A stretch of DNA of 64,000 nt, taken from assembly GCA_964187785.1 (NCBI GenBank), contig OZ076409.1, positions 77,998,001-78,062,000 on the forward strand, read 5' to 3'. How positions within the stretch are numbered: the first letter of the stretch is position 1; each line of letters begins with the position of its first letter. Made by a program: the position numbers and the translations under genes. This DNA is from Amphiscolops sp. MND2022. Lineage: Eukaryota. The notes under the pieces are model-generated. The model did not search any database and was not told the origin of the DNA. It saw nothing but the letters and a program-made list of their open reading frames with translations. Positions 22,927 through 34,532 of the stretch are shown here, piece after piece.

Positions 22927-24581
22927 AACGTTTATCAAGAAAAAATATTGAAAGCAATTATTAAAACCAAAGTATTAAAAAGCCAACCCTGAAAGTTAAT
23001 AAATCAACTGATTAACTCTAACCTGTTTCAAATGGTCCGGTAAGTCGTCTAGTTCAATGTCCAGCTTCCGGATCCGTAAAAGTAACGTTTTTAACATGGC
23101 AATGACAATTGAAAACAAATGACTAACTTTTACACGCACAGTATCAATATGACCTCATCGGAATATGCGACGAAAGAATTTCGTCCAATCAGAAGCGAGT
23201 ATTCGGTTTCGTTCATCAAGATTACATGTAGTTTGATCAACAGAAAAACAAATAAACTTTTGCTCCCGTATTACAACAATCTTACTGATTTACTTGTGCA
23301 CTTAAATCACTAAAATGGAAGTGAAATTACTTTGAACATTTAGTAACATTCCACTTCTTGGAGCGTTGACTTTAACAACTGATAAGAACGTTCACACTTT
23401 GAAAAAATGGTGAATATCAGAACAATCATTTGATCAATTCTCAATAAATAAATCAATGACGTTTCACAGGATACCAACTCAATTAATAAATATGAAAAAA
23501 TCAATTGTTTTGTTATGATTGAAAAAACCTAAACTCATTTTATATATCAACTATACTGTTCTTTTGCCCAAAACAAAGAATCCTGATTTTTGATGATTAG
23601 ATTAATTGTCAATAAATAAATCAATGACGATTCACAGGATACCAATTAAATTAATAAATATCAAACAACCATATATATCAATCAAGGTGAATAGTTGAAT
23701 AAAGTTGTTTCTGTAGTAAGTGTACAACTATCAAACAATTTTTTGTTATGATTGAAAAAACTTAAACTCGTATTATATATCAACTATACTGTTCTTTTGC
23801 CCCAAAACAAAAACGATTCACAGAATACTGATTTAATAAGTTCCAAAAAAATGAAATACATCAAAATTACATACTAACACATCATAATATACCTACACAT
23901 CATAATACATCAAAATATTTGTAATTATCATAATTGCCCGATCATAATTGCCATTATATACAAAAGAAAAGAATAGTTAAGTATTAAACAGTATTAAAAT
24001 AAAGTAAACTAAATTTTATCACGATAATAATCTTGCAGTGATTGGCCGGAACGAAAAAATTATTAGGGTTATATTCCTGCAGATATCGGCTTCGGAACGA
24101 AGATTTTCGTCATTGCCAATTTTATTTGTCCCGCCTAAAATACTGGGAAAATAATAGTTGAGCTGATATTTCTTAGTCAAAAAAAATTAAGAATTTAATT
24201 TGATAACTAAATTAATTTTAACTGAATTAATTTGATAAACCAAAAACTGAACACTGAAAATCTGCATGTGTAGATAAATAATGAGACACTTCCATGTCAA
24301 AGCAGTGTATTGAATTGGCCGAAGCGAGTGGCAGATCTATCTAAATCTTGAAATTCTTTGAGCAAGCGATGGAATTACTTGCCCAATTTACTCTCATCAA
24401 CGAGTATGCATGGGCAATTAAAGCCATCGCTCCTGCAAAGAAACTCAATACGTAGCTTGTGCTTCCTCGGAAATCAATAGGCAACAGTTTTGGCTGCGAA
24501 ACGAATGGGCATTTTTGGCCCATACATTCATTCATGTCCATCATTTTCCGAGCCGCACAACGAGTAAAATCTGCATTTTCG

Positions 24582-24601
24582 TTGCCGGTTACCCCACTGT
24601 A
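24582..24601 (-). repeat. Right terminal inverted repeat
   Basis: TTGCCGGTTACCCCACTGTA is the exact reverse complement of 6215-6234, followed by ATCAT. Confidence 0.92.
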
Positions 24602-24603
24602 AT

Positions 24604-25245
24604 CATGTATTGGAAGACGGCATCTCAACTTTACCCCTTGGTCACTACATGATCAGAGATGTGCATGTTGAGCAAGACATTGTGGATGAACCAGAATGGG
24701 GATATGAAGAGGAAGAGATACCATCAAGTCCCACATGGGATGAACTGAACGGCAATGATCCGCAAGTCACAATCTCCCAAATATTCCCAGATGAGGCTCC
24801 GATGACGGCAAATGCCCCTCTGTCATCACCATTGCGTGTGCGAGTAAGTGAGGATGAACCAATCTCATTAACTCAACTGATGGAAGCATGGTCGCCTCCC
24901 GATCCGGGCATGCACCAAAGAGAGTACAGTGATTCCGAGCTGGAAGACCAGTTCAGTAACATGGACGAATCAGTTGAGGAGCGAAGCCCTCCGAGAAATC
25001 CCTTTATTGACGATGAGGCAGAGGAAGCATCAGATACAGGTGAAACTGCAGACGATGATGAAGAGTCAGACCCTAAGGACTGCGTTATAGTCGAGACACT
25101 AACAGAAGACGAGGCGAACGCCATTGAAGACTTGGAATACCTGATTGATTTCGACAATTGGTTCAGCGACGATGAATTTGTGAACCGCATCAAAAGAGTG
25201 AAAAGGAGACGGATGGAGATTGTGAGCGACAGCGAGAGCGAATAA
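24604..25245 (+). pseudogene. 3' part of a highly acidic ORF interrupted by the transposon
   Basis: Removing the element and one TSD gives the open frame DDKRYH-VLEDGISTLPLGHY..; D/E-rich, RNPFIDDEAEE, basic KRVKRRR near the end. Confidence 0.6.
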
Positions 25246-25489
25246 GACTTCATGTTATTTCATATGCTACTAGCTAGTCTGATGTGTGCAAAGCTTATTG
25301 TTTTCTTTGTATTGTTCTCAAGTACCTGTTGAGTGAACTTTCAAGTAGTTATACGCGCTTCAGTAAATTCAGAAATTCAGTCTTGTTTTGCTCTCATTTT
25401 ATTGGCCGACGCGTTGTCTAATAGCATAGAAGATTCACCAAAAGATGTAGAATATATTTCTCCAAATGGAAAACGAATGGACAGATGGT

Positions 25490-27965
25490 TAAAAAACAGA
25501 TTGTAGGCCTGAAAGGACTCCCCCGCAGGCCATATTGCGGCCCCATAGGCGTAAAATGGAAATTGCTTGGCTATAAATGCAAAATACTAGGCCTACATGC
25601 CGCCCCCGTAGGTCTAATCGCGGCCCCATACCCGTTAAATGGAAAAAAGTTGGCTGTAAAAGCAAAATACTGCGCTTTAACGCGGCCCCCGCAGGCCTAA
25701 TCGTGGCCCCATAGCAGTAAAATGGAAATTGCTCTGCTTAAAAAGCCAAATACTGGGCTTTAACGCCGCCCCCGCAGGTCCAATTGCGGTCCCATAAGCG
25801 TAAAATGGAAATTGCTTAGCTCAAAAAGCAAAATACTTGGCTTTATTGCCTCCCCCGCAGGCCTTACTGCGGCCCCACAACCGTAGAATGGAAAAAGCTT
25901 GGCTTAAAAAGCAAAATACTGGGCTTTAACGCCGCCCCCGCAGGCCCAATTGCGGTCCCATAAGCGTAGAATGGAAAAAGCTTGGCTTAAAACCAAAATA
26001 CTAGCCTTACATGCCGCCCCGCAGGCCTTACTGCGGCCCCATAACCGTAGAATGGAAAAAGCTTGGCTTAAAAACCAAAATACTGGGCTTAAAAGCCGCC
26101 GCGCCCGCAGGCTTTACTGCGGCCCCATAAGCGTAGAATGGAAAATGCTTGGCTTGAAAAGGACAATACTGGGCTGTAACGCCGCCCCCGCAGGCCTAAT
26201 CGCGCCCCCAAAAGCGTAAAATGGAAAATGCTTAGCTCAAAAAGCAAAATACTGGGCTTTAATGCCGCCCCCGCAGGCCTAATCGCGGCCCCATAATCAT
26301 AAAATGGAAATTGCTTGGCTTAAAATTAAAAAGCAAAATACTGGGCTGTAACGCTGCCCCCGCAGGCCTAAAAGCGCCCCCACAAGCGTAAAATGGAAAA
26401 AGGTTGGCTGTAAAAGCAGAATACTTGGCTTTAATGCAGCCCCGCAGGCTCAATCGCGGCCCCATAACCGTAGAAGGGACTAAACTTGGCTGTAAAAGTA
26501 AAATACTGGGCTTTATTGCCTCCCCCGCAGGCCTTACTGCGGCCCGATAACCGTAGAATGGAAAAAGCTTGGCTTAAAACCAAAATACTAGGCTTACATG
26601 CCGCCCCGCAGGCCTTATCGCGGCCCCTTAACCGTAGAATGTAAAAAGCTTGGCTTAAAAACCAAAATATTGGGCTTAAAAGCCGCCCCCGCAGGCTTTA
26701 CTGCGGCCCCATAGGCGTAAAATTGAAAAAGCGCGGCTATAAAAGCAAAATATTAGGCTTTAATGCCGGCCCCGCAGGCCTTACTGCGGCCCCATAAGCG
26801 TAAAATGGGAGAAACATGGCTATAAAAGCAAAATACTGGGCTTTAATGCCTCCCCCACAGGTCTTACTGCGGCCCCATAAGCGTAGAATGGAAAAAGCTT
26901 GGCTTAAAACCAAAATACTAGCCTTACATGCCGCCCCGCAGGCCTTACTGCGGCCCCATAACCGTAGAATGGAAAAAGCTTGGCTTAAAAACCAAAATAC
27001 TGGGCTTAAAAGCCGCCGCGCCCGCAGGCTTTACTGCGGCCCCATAAGCGTAGAATGGAAAATGCTTGGCTTGAAAAGGACAATACTGGGCTGTAACGCC
27101 GCCCCCGCAGGCCTAATCGCGCCCCCAAAAGCGTAAAATGGAAAATGCTTAGCTCAAAAAGCAAAATACTGGGCTTTAATGCCGCCCCCGCAGGCCTAAT
27201 CGCGGCCCCATAATCATAAAATGGAAATTGCTTGGCTTAAAATTAAAAAGCAAAATACTGGGCTGTAACGCTGCCCCCGCAGGCCTAAAAGCGCCCCCAC
27301 AAGCGTAAAATGGAAAAAGGTTGGCTGTAAAAGCAGAATACTTGGCTTTAATGCAGCCCCGCAGGCTCAATCGCGGCCCCATAACCGTAGAAGGGACTAA
27401 ACTTGGCTGTAAAAGTAAAATACTGGGCTTTATTGCCTCCCCCGCAGGCCTTACTGCGGCCCCATAACCGTAGAATGGAAAAAGCTTGGCTTAAAACCAA
27501 AATACTAGGCTTACATGCCGCCCCGCAGGCCTTATCGCGGCCCCTTAACCGTAGAATGTAAAAAAGCTTGGCTTAAAAACCAAAATATTGGGCTTAAAAG
27601 CCGCCCCCGCAGGCTTTACTGCGGCCCCATAGGCGTAAAATTGAAAAAGCGCGGCTATAAAAGCAAAATATTAGGCTTTAATGCCGGCCCCGCAGGCCTT
27701 ACTGCGGCCCCATAAGCGTAAAATGGGAGAAACATGGCTATAAAAGCAAAATACTGGGCTTTAATGCCTCCCCCACAGGTCTTACTGCGGCCCCATAGGC
27801 GTAAAATTGAAAAAGCGAGGCTATAAAAGCAGAATACTAGGCTTACATGCCGCCCCGCAGGCCTTACTGCGGCCCCATAGGCGTAAAATTGAAAAAGCGT
27901 GGCTATAAAAGCAAATTACTAGGCTTACATGCCGCCCCGCAGGCCTTACTGCGGCCCGTTAGCAG
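25490..27965. repeat. ~83-bp satellite (~30 monomers) with 917-bp higher-order repeat
   Basis: Monomer AAAAGCAAAATACTGGGCTTTAATGCCGCCCCCGCAGGCCTTACTGCGGCCCCATAAGCGTAGAATGGAAAAAGCTTGGCTT; identical blocks at 26259 and 27176. Confidence 0.92.
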
Positions 27966-28292
27966 TAGAATGGACGAAAGATGCATAATATATCAAAATC
28001 TTTGGCTCATATAATGATTGTGTATGCTCATATGGTTGACTGTAGCAATAAATTGAAATAAAGTGAAATGTACGTACCAGTGTGCAGTGCTCTCTCTTCC
28101 GTGGTTCTTCTTCTTTTGGTTCTTTTTTGTAACCACCTCCCAAAAGCCTTAAAATACCTTAAACCTGATGCGGGGTAAAAACCGTGGAATCGGAAACACC
28201 GCAAGGATGACCTTTCACACATCCACAGTCCTTACCCAGACCGTTCTCACACTTAATCTAATTCTTACCAGAAAAAAAGTGAGAAGGTTGCT

Positions 28293-28838
28293 TTACTTGA
28301 TTTTAGATAATGCTTTGTTAATTGCTCTAATACAAGATAGAGTAGTATCAGAACCACTAATATCATACTCAGTCAAGCCTATCAGTTCGAAAATTTTGCG
28401 TGCAAGTGGAGATCCTTTGCAACCTTCATCCTTTTTGGCTGCTCTGATGACAACTTTCACGTCCTGACATTTGCCTTCCACACATGTAGTCAACTTCTCA
28501 CCAACAAATCGGAAATTCATCTCAGCAATTTCACGGGCTTTTGATTCAGCGGGACTTCTTGTTTTGCCAATTTTCTCGCCTATGCCAATCGATCCTTTGC
28601 CGTCTGCTAACATGACACATACCAGGAAACGAAAGCGCTGTTGGGTTTTGCCATCTTTCTCAGTCAAATTCTCTAGAGGTATGCACTTCAACAGTTCATA
28701 TTTTTTATCAGACTCGGGCTGTACAATTCGAACTTTGGCAGGTGGTACCACCATCATATTCTTTTGTTCTTTCTCCGAAAGGTCCCAGATCGAACTCTTA
28801 ATATAACTGTACACAGCGCATTTCACTTTCGGGGGCAT
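28293..28838 (-). CDS. Divergent intronless ribosomal protein uS5 (RPS2)-like protein
   Basis: QRFRFLVCVMLADGKGSIGIG, VEGKCQDVKVVIRAAKKDEG, SPLARKIFELIGL and TTLSCIRAINKAL align by eye with uS5 N- and C-domain motifs. Confidence 0.75.
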   Translation of the reverse strand: MPPKVKCAVYSYIKSSIWDLSEKEQKNMMVVPPAKVRIVQPESDKKYELLKCIPLENLTEKDGKTQQRFRFLVCVMLADGKGSIGIGEKIGKTRSPAESKAREIAEMNFRFVGEKLTTCVEGKCQDVKVVIRAAKKDEGCKGSPLARKIFELIGLTEYDISGSDTTLSCIRAINKALSKIK

Positions 28839-29318
28839 TTTAAGTCGTTCTTCTACAGAAAATTATCATTATTTTTTTGGTTAGAAGGGTAATCTTGTTT
28901 TGAAAAAAGTTTGAAAAGTGTTTTGAGAAATGTACTAGAATTAAAATCTTCGCAAAAAGTCAAAGTAACTAACCTTAGTTTGATGATCAAGAAATGAGAC
29001 GATAGGGAAAAATTTTCTCCGGGATTGTTCACTGCTACCAAGATTCCGAAGGTACCAATTCAATTCAACGGATATCAGTACACAAATCTTCAATGCATAT
29101 CAGGATGTAACATTTAATTCCTAGGAGAAACTTTTGAAAAATTTCTAAGAAAAGAAAATCTTTTCAAAGAAGCGTAATAACCACTTGATGATTTTCCGTT
29201 TAATTTCAATAGTAACATTGAAATATGAGTTCATATTAATCCTGATGTGCATTGAGATACTTATTCGTTTGCTAATGCTAAGCTGGGTAATTTATTCAAT
29301 ATTTCCGGAAAACGTAGA

Positions 29319-29611
29319 CAAAGCCGATAGACTGGATGATGTTCAGGTGAAAATAGAAAAATTAGGCAGAAATAAACAGTTGGAGAAATGCAACAGATTT
29401 ATCTGCTAACGCGATGAGAAAGCCGATAGACTGGATGATTTTCAGTTGAAAATAGAAAAATTAAGCAGAATGAAACAGGTGGAGAAATGCAACAAATTTA
29501 TCTGCTAATGCGATGACAAAGTCGTTAGACTGGTTGATTTTCAGTTGAAAATAGAAAAATTAGGCAGAATTAAACAGTTGGAGAAATGCAACAGATTTAT
29601 CTGCTCATGCG
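29319..29611. repeat. ~98-bp tandem repeat, 3 copies
   Basis: AAAGCCGATAGACTGGATGAT..GGAGAAATGCAACAGATTTATCTGCT repeated three times. Confidence 0.85.
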
Positions 29612-30195
29612 AAGCTTGCAAGGGACTGAATAAACAAAGAAACGGTAGTCAGAAATTAGTTGAGTAAAAGCCCGAAAGATGAAGAAAATTGAGACAAGGA
29701 AAGTTGCAAAATTACAAGAGATTTGTTTGACGAAGAGAAAAGTGCAAGGGTCTGATTAAACAAATTAAAGAGAGCCAGAAGTTAGTTGAGTGAAAAGCTG
29801 TCGCAAACATTGTAGTTAGTTAGTTTAAATTTGGACTGACCAAACAAAAGATACACTACTCAAAGTATTCAGGCACTTATCAAACGACAAATGAAGAATT
29901 CCGCCTGGAATGGTTCACTTCATATTAGCATTCAAAAGAAGTTCAGCATCAATCCACACTGAGAATGTTCGAGGGTCCAGCGAAAGAGTCTGGAAATATG
30001 GCAAATGATTTTATGAACAAGAGAATGTTTTTGTAAAGTTTGTCAAACCGAACGCATGTGTTCAAATCCGGCGAATATGAAGATTTATTTTTGGATTATA
30101 TTTAAAAGCGATGAATGACAGTTAGTCGCAATAACTAACCGGGGAGCCGCTACAGGCTGAATGGTTATATAACGGAATTAAATACATCGATTTCA

Positions 30196-30268
30196 GTTCG
30201 CGGTGGTCTAGTGGTTAGCTACCCTGACTTCCTGTCATGAGGTCCCTGGTTCGAATCCAGGACTTTGC
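30196..30268 (+). ncRNA. tRNA-derived sequence (SINE head or pseudo-tRNA)
   Basis: A box TGGTCTAGTGG and B box GGTTCGAATCC at tRNA spacing; poor acceptor stem. Confidence 0.6.
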
Positions 30269-30570
30269 AAAATTTTTGTAAACTAACCCCCCCCTAAATT
30301 CGGCCATCATATATAAAATCAAACTACTCAAATTATATTTAGAAATTACACCAAGATGCTATCATTGTCCATGTGCTTAGGAAAACATTTGAATTAAGGC
30401 TGTAGAATTTGTGCTTTCAAATTTGTTTTAATTCAAGGCAAAAACCTTGTAATATTTTCCTCGCGTCTTGTTTCAGTCAAAAACAGTAAATGCTATGGAC
30501 TGTCGGAACCTGACATTTTCTTCGTTAATCGATACTCCAAAATAAGCGAAGAAATTTCATTTCCATTCAG

Positions 30571-31520
30571 TTTTTTGTTGGGAGCCAAAGAAGAAACGAA
30601 TCTCGACAAGCGTGCTCAGATATGCGACAGCTTCTGTTGGGCCTTAATGAGGGAGAATAAAAGTGTAAGGTGTGTTGTTTTCCACAAACTAATATCTGGC
30701 AAGTTGAACTCGTCGAACCGAGTCAATTCTCTATTCTTTGATTTATTCTTCTGGATCACAAACAAACCTGGAACCCTTCTTGCATTAAGTGAATTAGAAG
30801 AAGGTTTTTCTGTATCTCAGATGTCACTCATGAATTGGCTCCGAAGACTGGCTGTGAAACTAAAAGTTGTCCTAATTTTGGGTTTTCTCGATTACCAAGA
30901 AGGGGATATTCAAGTTATAGACGCTTTAACTTACGCCGGGGTTTCTACTCTGGTATATTGCGATAATGCAGCTTCTGAAAAACTGGTCGCTGATGTCTCA
31001 AACTCTGGTGTTGCTACTGAGTTCCTGTCGGTTCCTGAGACTACGGATAATGATAATTTCGAATCTAGCAATACACAACTTCGTGAAAGTGCCTCGACGG
31101 CCTCAATGTCACAACTATTGTCACCTTTAAGCAACTGTGAAGCCGTTTTCAAAGAGCTTCCCCATAATATTCAAACTCTAGTTAATCACTGTGCAATATT
31201 AGAGGATAAAGTCCTCTCTATGAAAACATTGAAACATTTATGGCGCTATTTATGTCGAGATCAAACCACTGATCGCATGGAGGTGCACTCAGTTCTTGAC
31301 GTGTTGATCAACAAAAGAATCGTGACTCATTTTCTCGACAGTTATTTCCTGGCTCCGTCAATGAAGAAGTACCTCCGATCTCAATATAGCCAAGTGGCAT
31401 GGAAGCTTCTTCATCAAAACTTTCTTCAGGCCTATTTGGAGAAATTCAAAAATTGGCTCAATGTACCCGAATCAGATACTTACTTCCATCGCTACTTGAT
31501 CCATCATCTAATAGAAGCAG
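30571..31520 (+). CDS. Apaf-1-like gene, exon with degenerate NB-ARC/winged-helix region
   Basis: ELPHNIQ..CAIL..LKHLW..LDVLINKRIV..LHQNFLQAY..DTYFHRYLIHHLIEAG resembles Apaf-1 WHD/HD2; phase-1 donor at 31521; possible first exon 30495-30523. Confidence 0.7.
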
Positions 31521-32584
31521 GTAATTTTCACCATTTGTTCATTCAAACGTACATCGCAAAATCAATTTTTCCTACAACAGCCTGTAATATCTCTTTATCA
31601 TTCACTTTTTCTAGATTTTTCCATGTAATCTTTTTCCAATAATTCGCTTATCTTGTGAATGCAAACAAATGAATTTCTGGAGTCCATTTAGTGTGGCTTT
31701 GGATTGTGCTAGTAGTGTTGCTGACTTTTGAAGAAAATGCAGTGTTCGAATAATTCAACAACTTACAATTTTTCTTGTATTTTATTTCTTGACTTTCTTA
31801 ATAAAGCTGCAGTTGAAATTGCGAGGAATGATTTCCGTTCTCAGAAAAAGATTTCTTGTCATGGTTTAATTGGAGAAGTATTTAGGCTCTGGTACTGTTC
31901 TAAATTGAAGGTTCATGGATATTACTGCCTCTCATTCCATCTCTAATTACTAATTAAAGGCACCCTGTGATAAAGGGTAACCTCGTGAAATCAGTTTTGT
32001 TTAGTTAAAATTAACCAATTTTCAACCAAAAATTAGCCAAAACTTTTTTGACAAAATCGGTTAAAACTTCGGTTAAAGAATCGGTTAAAACTGGAAGAGA
32101 ATTGAATGTGAAGGATTGCTTAACGAATATTATATTAGCTCGAAGTTCCTGAAAACTCCCGAAATGGAAAAAATTTGAAATTCGTGGATGAGAGGAATAT
32201 TCAGAATATTCAACAAATGGCGTTTTATCGAAAAGTTGAAACGTAAAAAAGGTCAAATTTGCCATTTGAAAGTAGACGAAGTGAAAGTTTTCACAACTTC
32301 GCCTCATGTTTCAGAGCATATTCAAAGCGCTGTATCAATTTGTTAGTTTTGAGTCTAATCTAACCGAATCGGTTAACCTGTGTCTGCAAATAATGCCAAT
32401 AGCATATTACGAAAACGGAGTGAGCTATGGTCACATACAGTGAATGAGGTCGCTTGTAAGCGAAAGAAGCGATAAGCGTCGACACCGAAAGCCACGACTG
32501 AAATTTGTGCTTATCTGATTGGTCAGAAATTTTAGCTATTTTTGGTAATAATTGCCTAACTCTTACAGTGGCAAGTTTTTTTGG

Positions 32585-33039
32585 CGTGTCCGTTTAAGTT
32601 CGCCACATATAAGTTAGCCCGTAAATCTTAGCCATATTTCATTTAGCCACCATATATGTTCGCCACATACAAGTTCGCCACATTTTCGGCCAATCAAATT
32701 CGAGCATTCAAAATTACGATAACGTAGTCAGATATGTTCACATGCCCCAAGTGCCCTAAATGCAGGAGCGAAGCGAAGCGGAGCGACGTGCCATATGGCC
32801 ATGCCTCAATGTTGCTACTTGGCGAAGGGAGCGAAGCGACCGAGCCATACAACAAGTATGCTAATCGCCACTAAATATAACCAAATGAAAATAATCGCTG
32901 ATATGGAATTCTTTCATTAGCTGAAATGTGGCGAAAATAAACGTGGCGATCTTATATGGTGGCTAACTTAAACGTGGCTAAGTTTTACGGGCTAACTTAT
33001 ACGTGGCGAACTTAAATATGGCGAACTTACAACGGCACC
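32585..33039. mobile_element. MITE with subrepeat-rich TIRs (TTCGCCAC/TTAGCC motifs)
   Basis: Inverted ends AAGTTCGCCACATATAAGTTAGCCCGTAAA / TTTACGGGCTAACTTATACGTGGCGAACTT; flanked by TTTTTTGG on both sides. Confidence 0.7.
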
Positions 33040-34532
33040 TTTTTTGGGTGTTACATCCGCCACCTGTACAATTGAAAGATTTGTCTCTTGCGATGGTAGT
33101 TTGTTGCGGAAAGGTGGTAATAAATTTCTACAAGTTCGAAATGTAAAGAAATTGCAGCTTCTGAAAACGGCCAATGTTTATTCCCAAAAGCGCCGCTTAA
33201 GCGTTAACGGGCCAGTCACAAGCGCAACAAGCGATGAGCGCGTTTTTTGGTAGAACCTAATTCACTGGTCACATACCTCTGGCGCCTTAAATGTAGGAGC
33301 GAAATGTGGCAACGTGTCATTACTAGTCCAGCGGCTGGTTTTGACGTAAGTCGACCTGGAGAAGCGGGAAGGGCCCATAAGGAGGAAACCTGAGTCATAC
33401 CAACAAAATTCTGGCTTAATTAAAAATAAATTCCATTAATGTTTCTTTTAAGCTTTCATCTGCGGCGTTTCTTCCTATAAACGGTTGAATCGATCAGTTA
33501 TTAATTTATGCAATTCAAGAAACTGTTTCCAAAGCTAATTGTTTAACCGATGCCCGAGCCACTTGTTAAGCTGGACATCACCGAATGAAATATCGAAAGT
33601 GTTAACCACAGCTTTAATAAAGTTTTTCATGTTTTTCTGTCAATTTTGTTTTTCATCAATAATTTTTGAGTAACTTCGGAAATCTCAGATCGAAATTCAC
33701 TCCATCGAAGCTTGTCAAATCTTATTGCCGATTTCGCATGTCGACATTTTTCCTATCATCTGGCAATGGCCTGCTTTTTGTCGTCAAGGCTTAACCAGTC
33801 GCCTTAATGGCTTTGTTTGGTTTTTCGCTCAGCAATAAAATGCCAATCTGTTGTTTCCTGCTCAAATGTCCCCGTGTCAAGTTTTTTTGCCTTGAAGTTT
33901 GTAGCGAATATCGATTTCTTATAATTCACTTCCAAACTGTCTCCGGAATGCATTTTATTTCTTGTTTCTTTCATCACAACTTTCCGTGTTCCGGTTGTGC
34001 TTTCATTTGAACTTTGCAATTCAGCGAACAGTTCGCTGCGAACGTGCATTCTTGTAAGCTTTTATAACAACGGTGGTAATTGACATTCAGTTTTGAAGTA
34101 CGAATACCATTTAAAGGTAAATGAGGTACCTTTTTCGGCGCTCGGCTCCAAGTTTTCCGAGGGGCGTCTATGTTTGCTACAGTATATTTAGTCGGCGCTA
34201 TATGAAATTATTAACCCGACTATGATAATGGCGTTTTCTCGCATTAACCAAAAAAGTTTCGCCCAAGGTTTAAAGAGCATCCAAAGAGTTCCTTCTGTGA
34301 AAATGTGTCATTTTACTTGATCTACAAAGCTATACGAGACCAAGGGATTGTTTTTGGAATTTTTGGTAATAGGTGACTTTGAAAACTGTTTCTCATCGAA
34401 GATTTTGTGATTAAAGGTCATAGTGTATTTTTGGATATTGTAAGTTTTTTTCATTATTTGCCTGAAAAATACCCCCTGAGCATAATTAGTAGACTGCTCT
34501 TTTCAAGTCTTGAGCGAGACGTCATGTGTTTT

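Larger units (their letters stand above)
6215..24601 (+). mobile_element. 18.4-kb RAG1/Transib-like DNA transposon with chromatin-modifier cargo
   Basis: Perfect 20-bp TIR TACAGTGGGGTAACCGGCAA (6215-6234 and inverted 24582-24601); direct 5-bp TSD ATCAT (6210-6214, 24602-24606); internal DDE transposase gene. Confidence 0.88.

Noticed and set aside
6215..24601. Tc1/mariner interpretation (TA TSD plus CAGTG TIR)
   Set aside because: ATCAT is duplicated outside the TA, the TA model puts a stop in the target ORF, and no DD34E/D-type transposase is present
6215..24601. RAG2-like kelch/PHD gene in the element
   Set aside because: No kelch repeats or PHD Cys pattern recognised in any frame
25485..27715. 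Short ORFs within the satellite
   Set aside because: By-products of the 83-bp repeat; frames break between monomers
30196..30268. Functional tRNA gene
   Set aside because: A and B boxes are present but the acceptor and anticodon stems pair poorly
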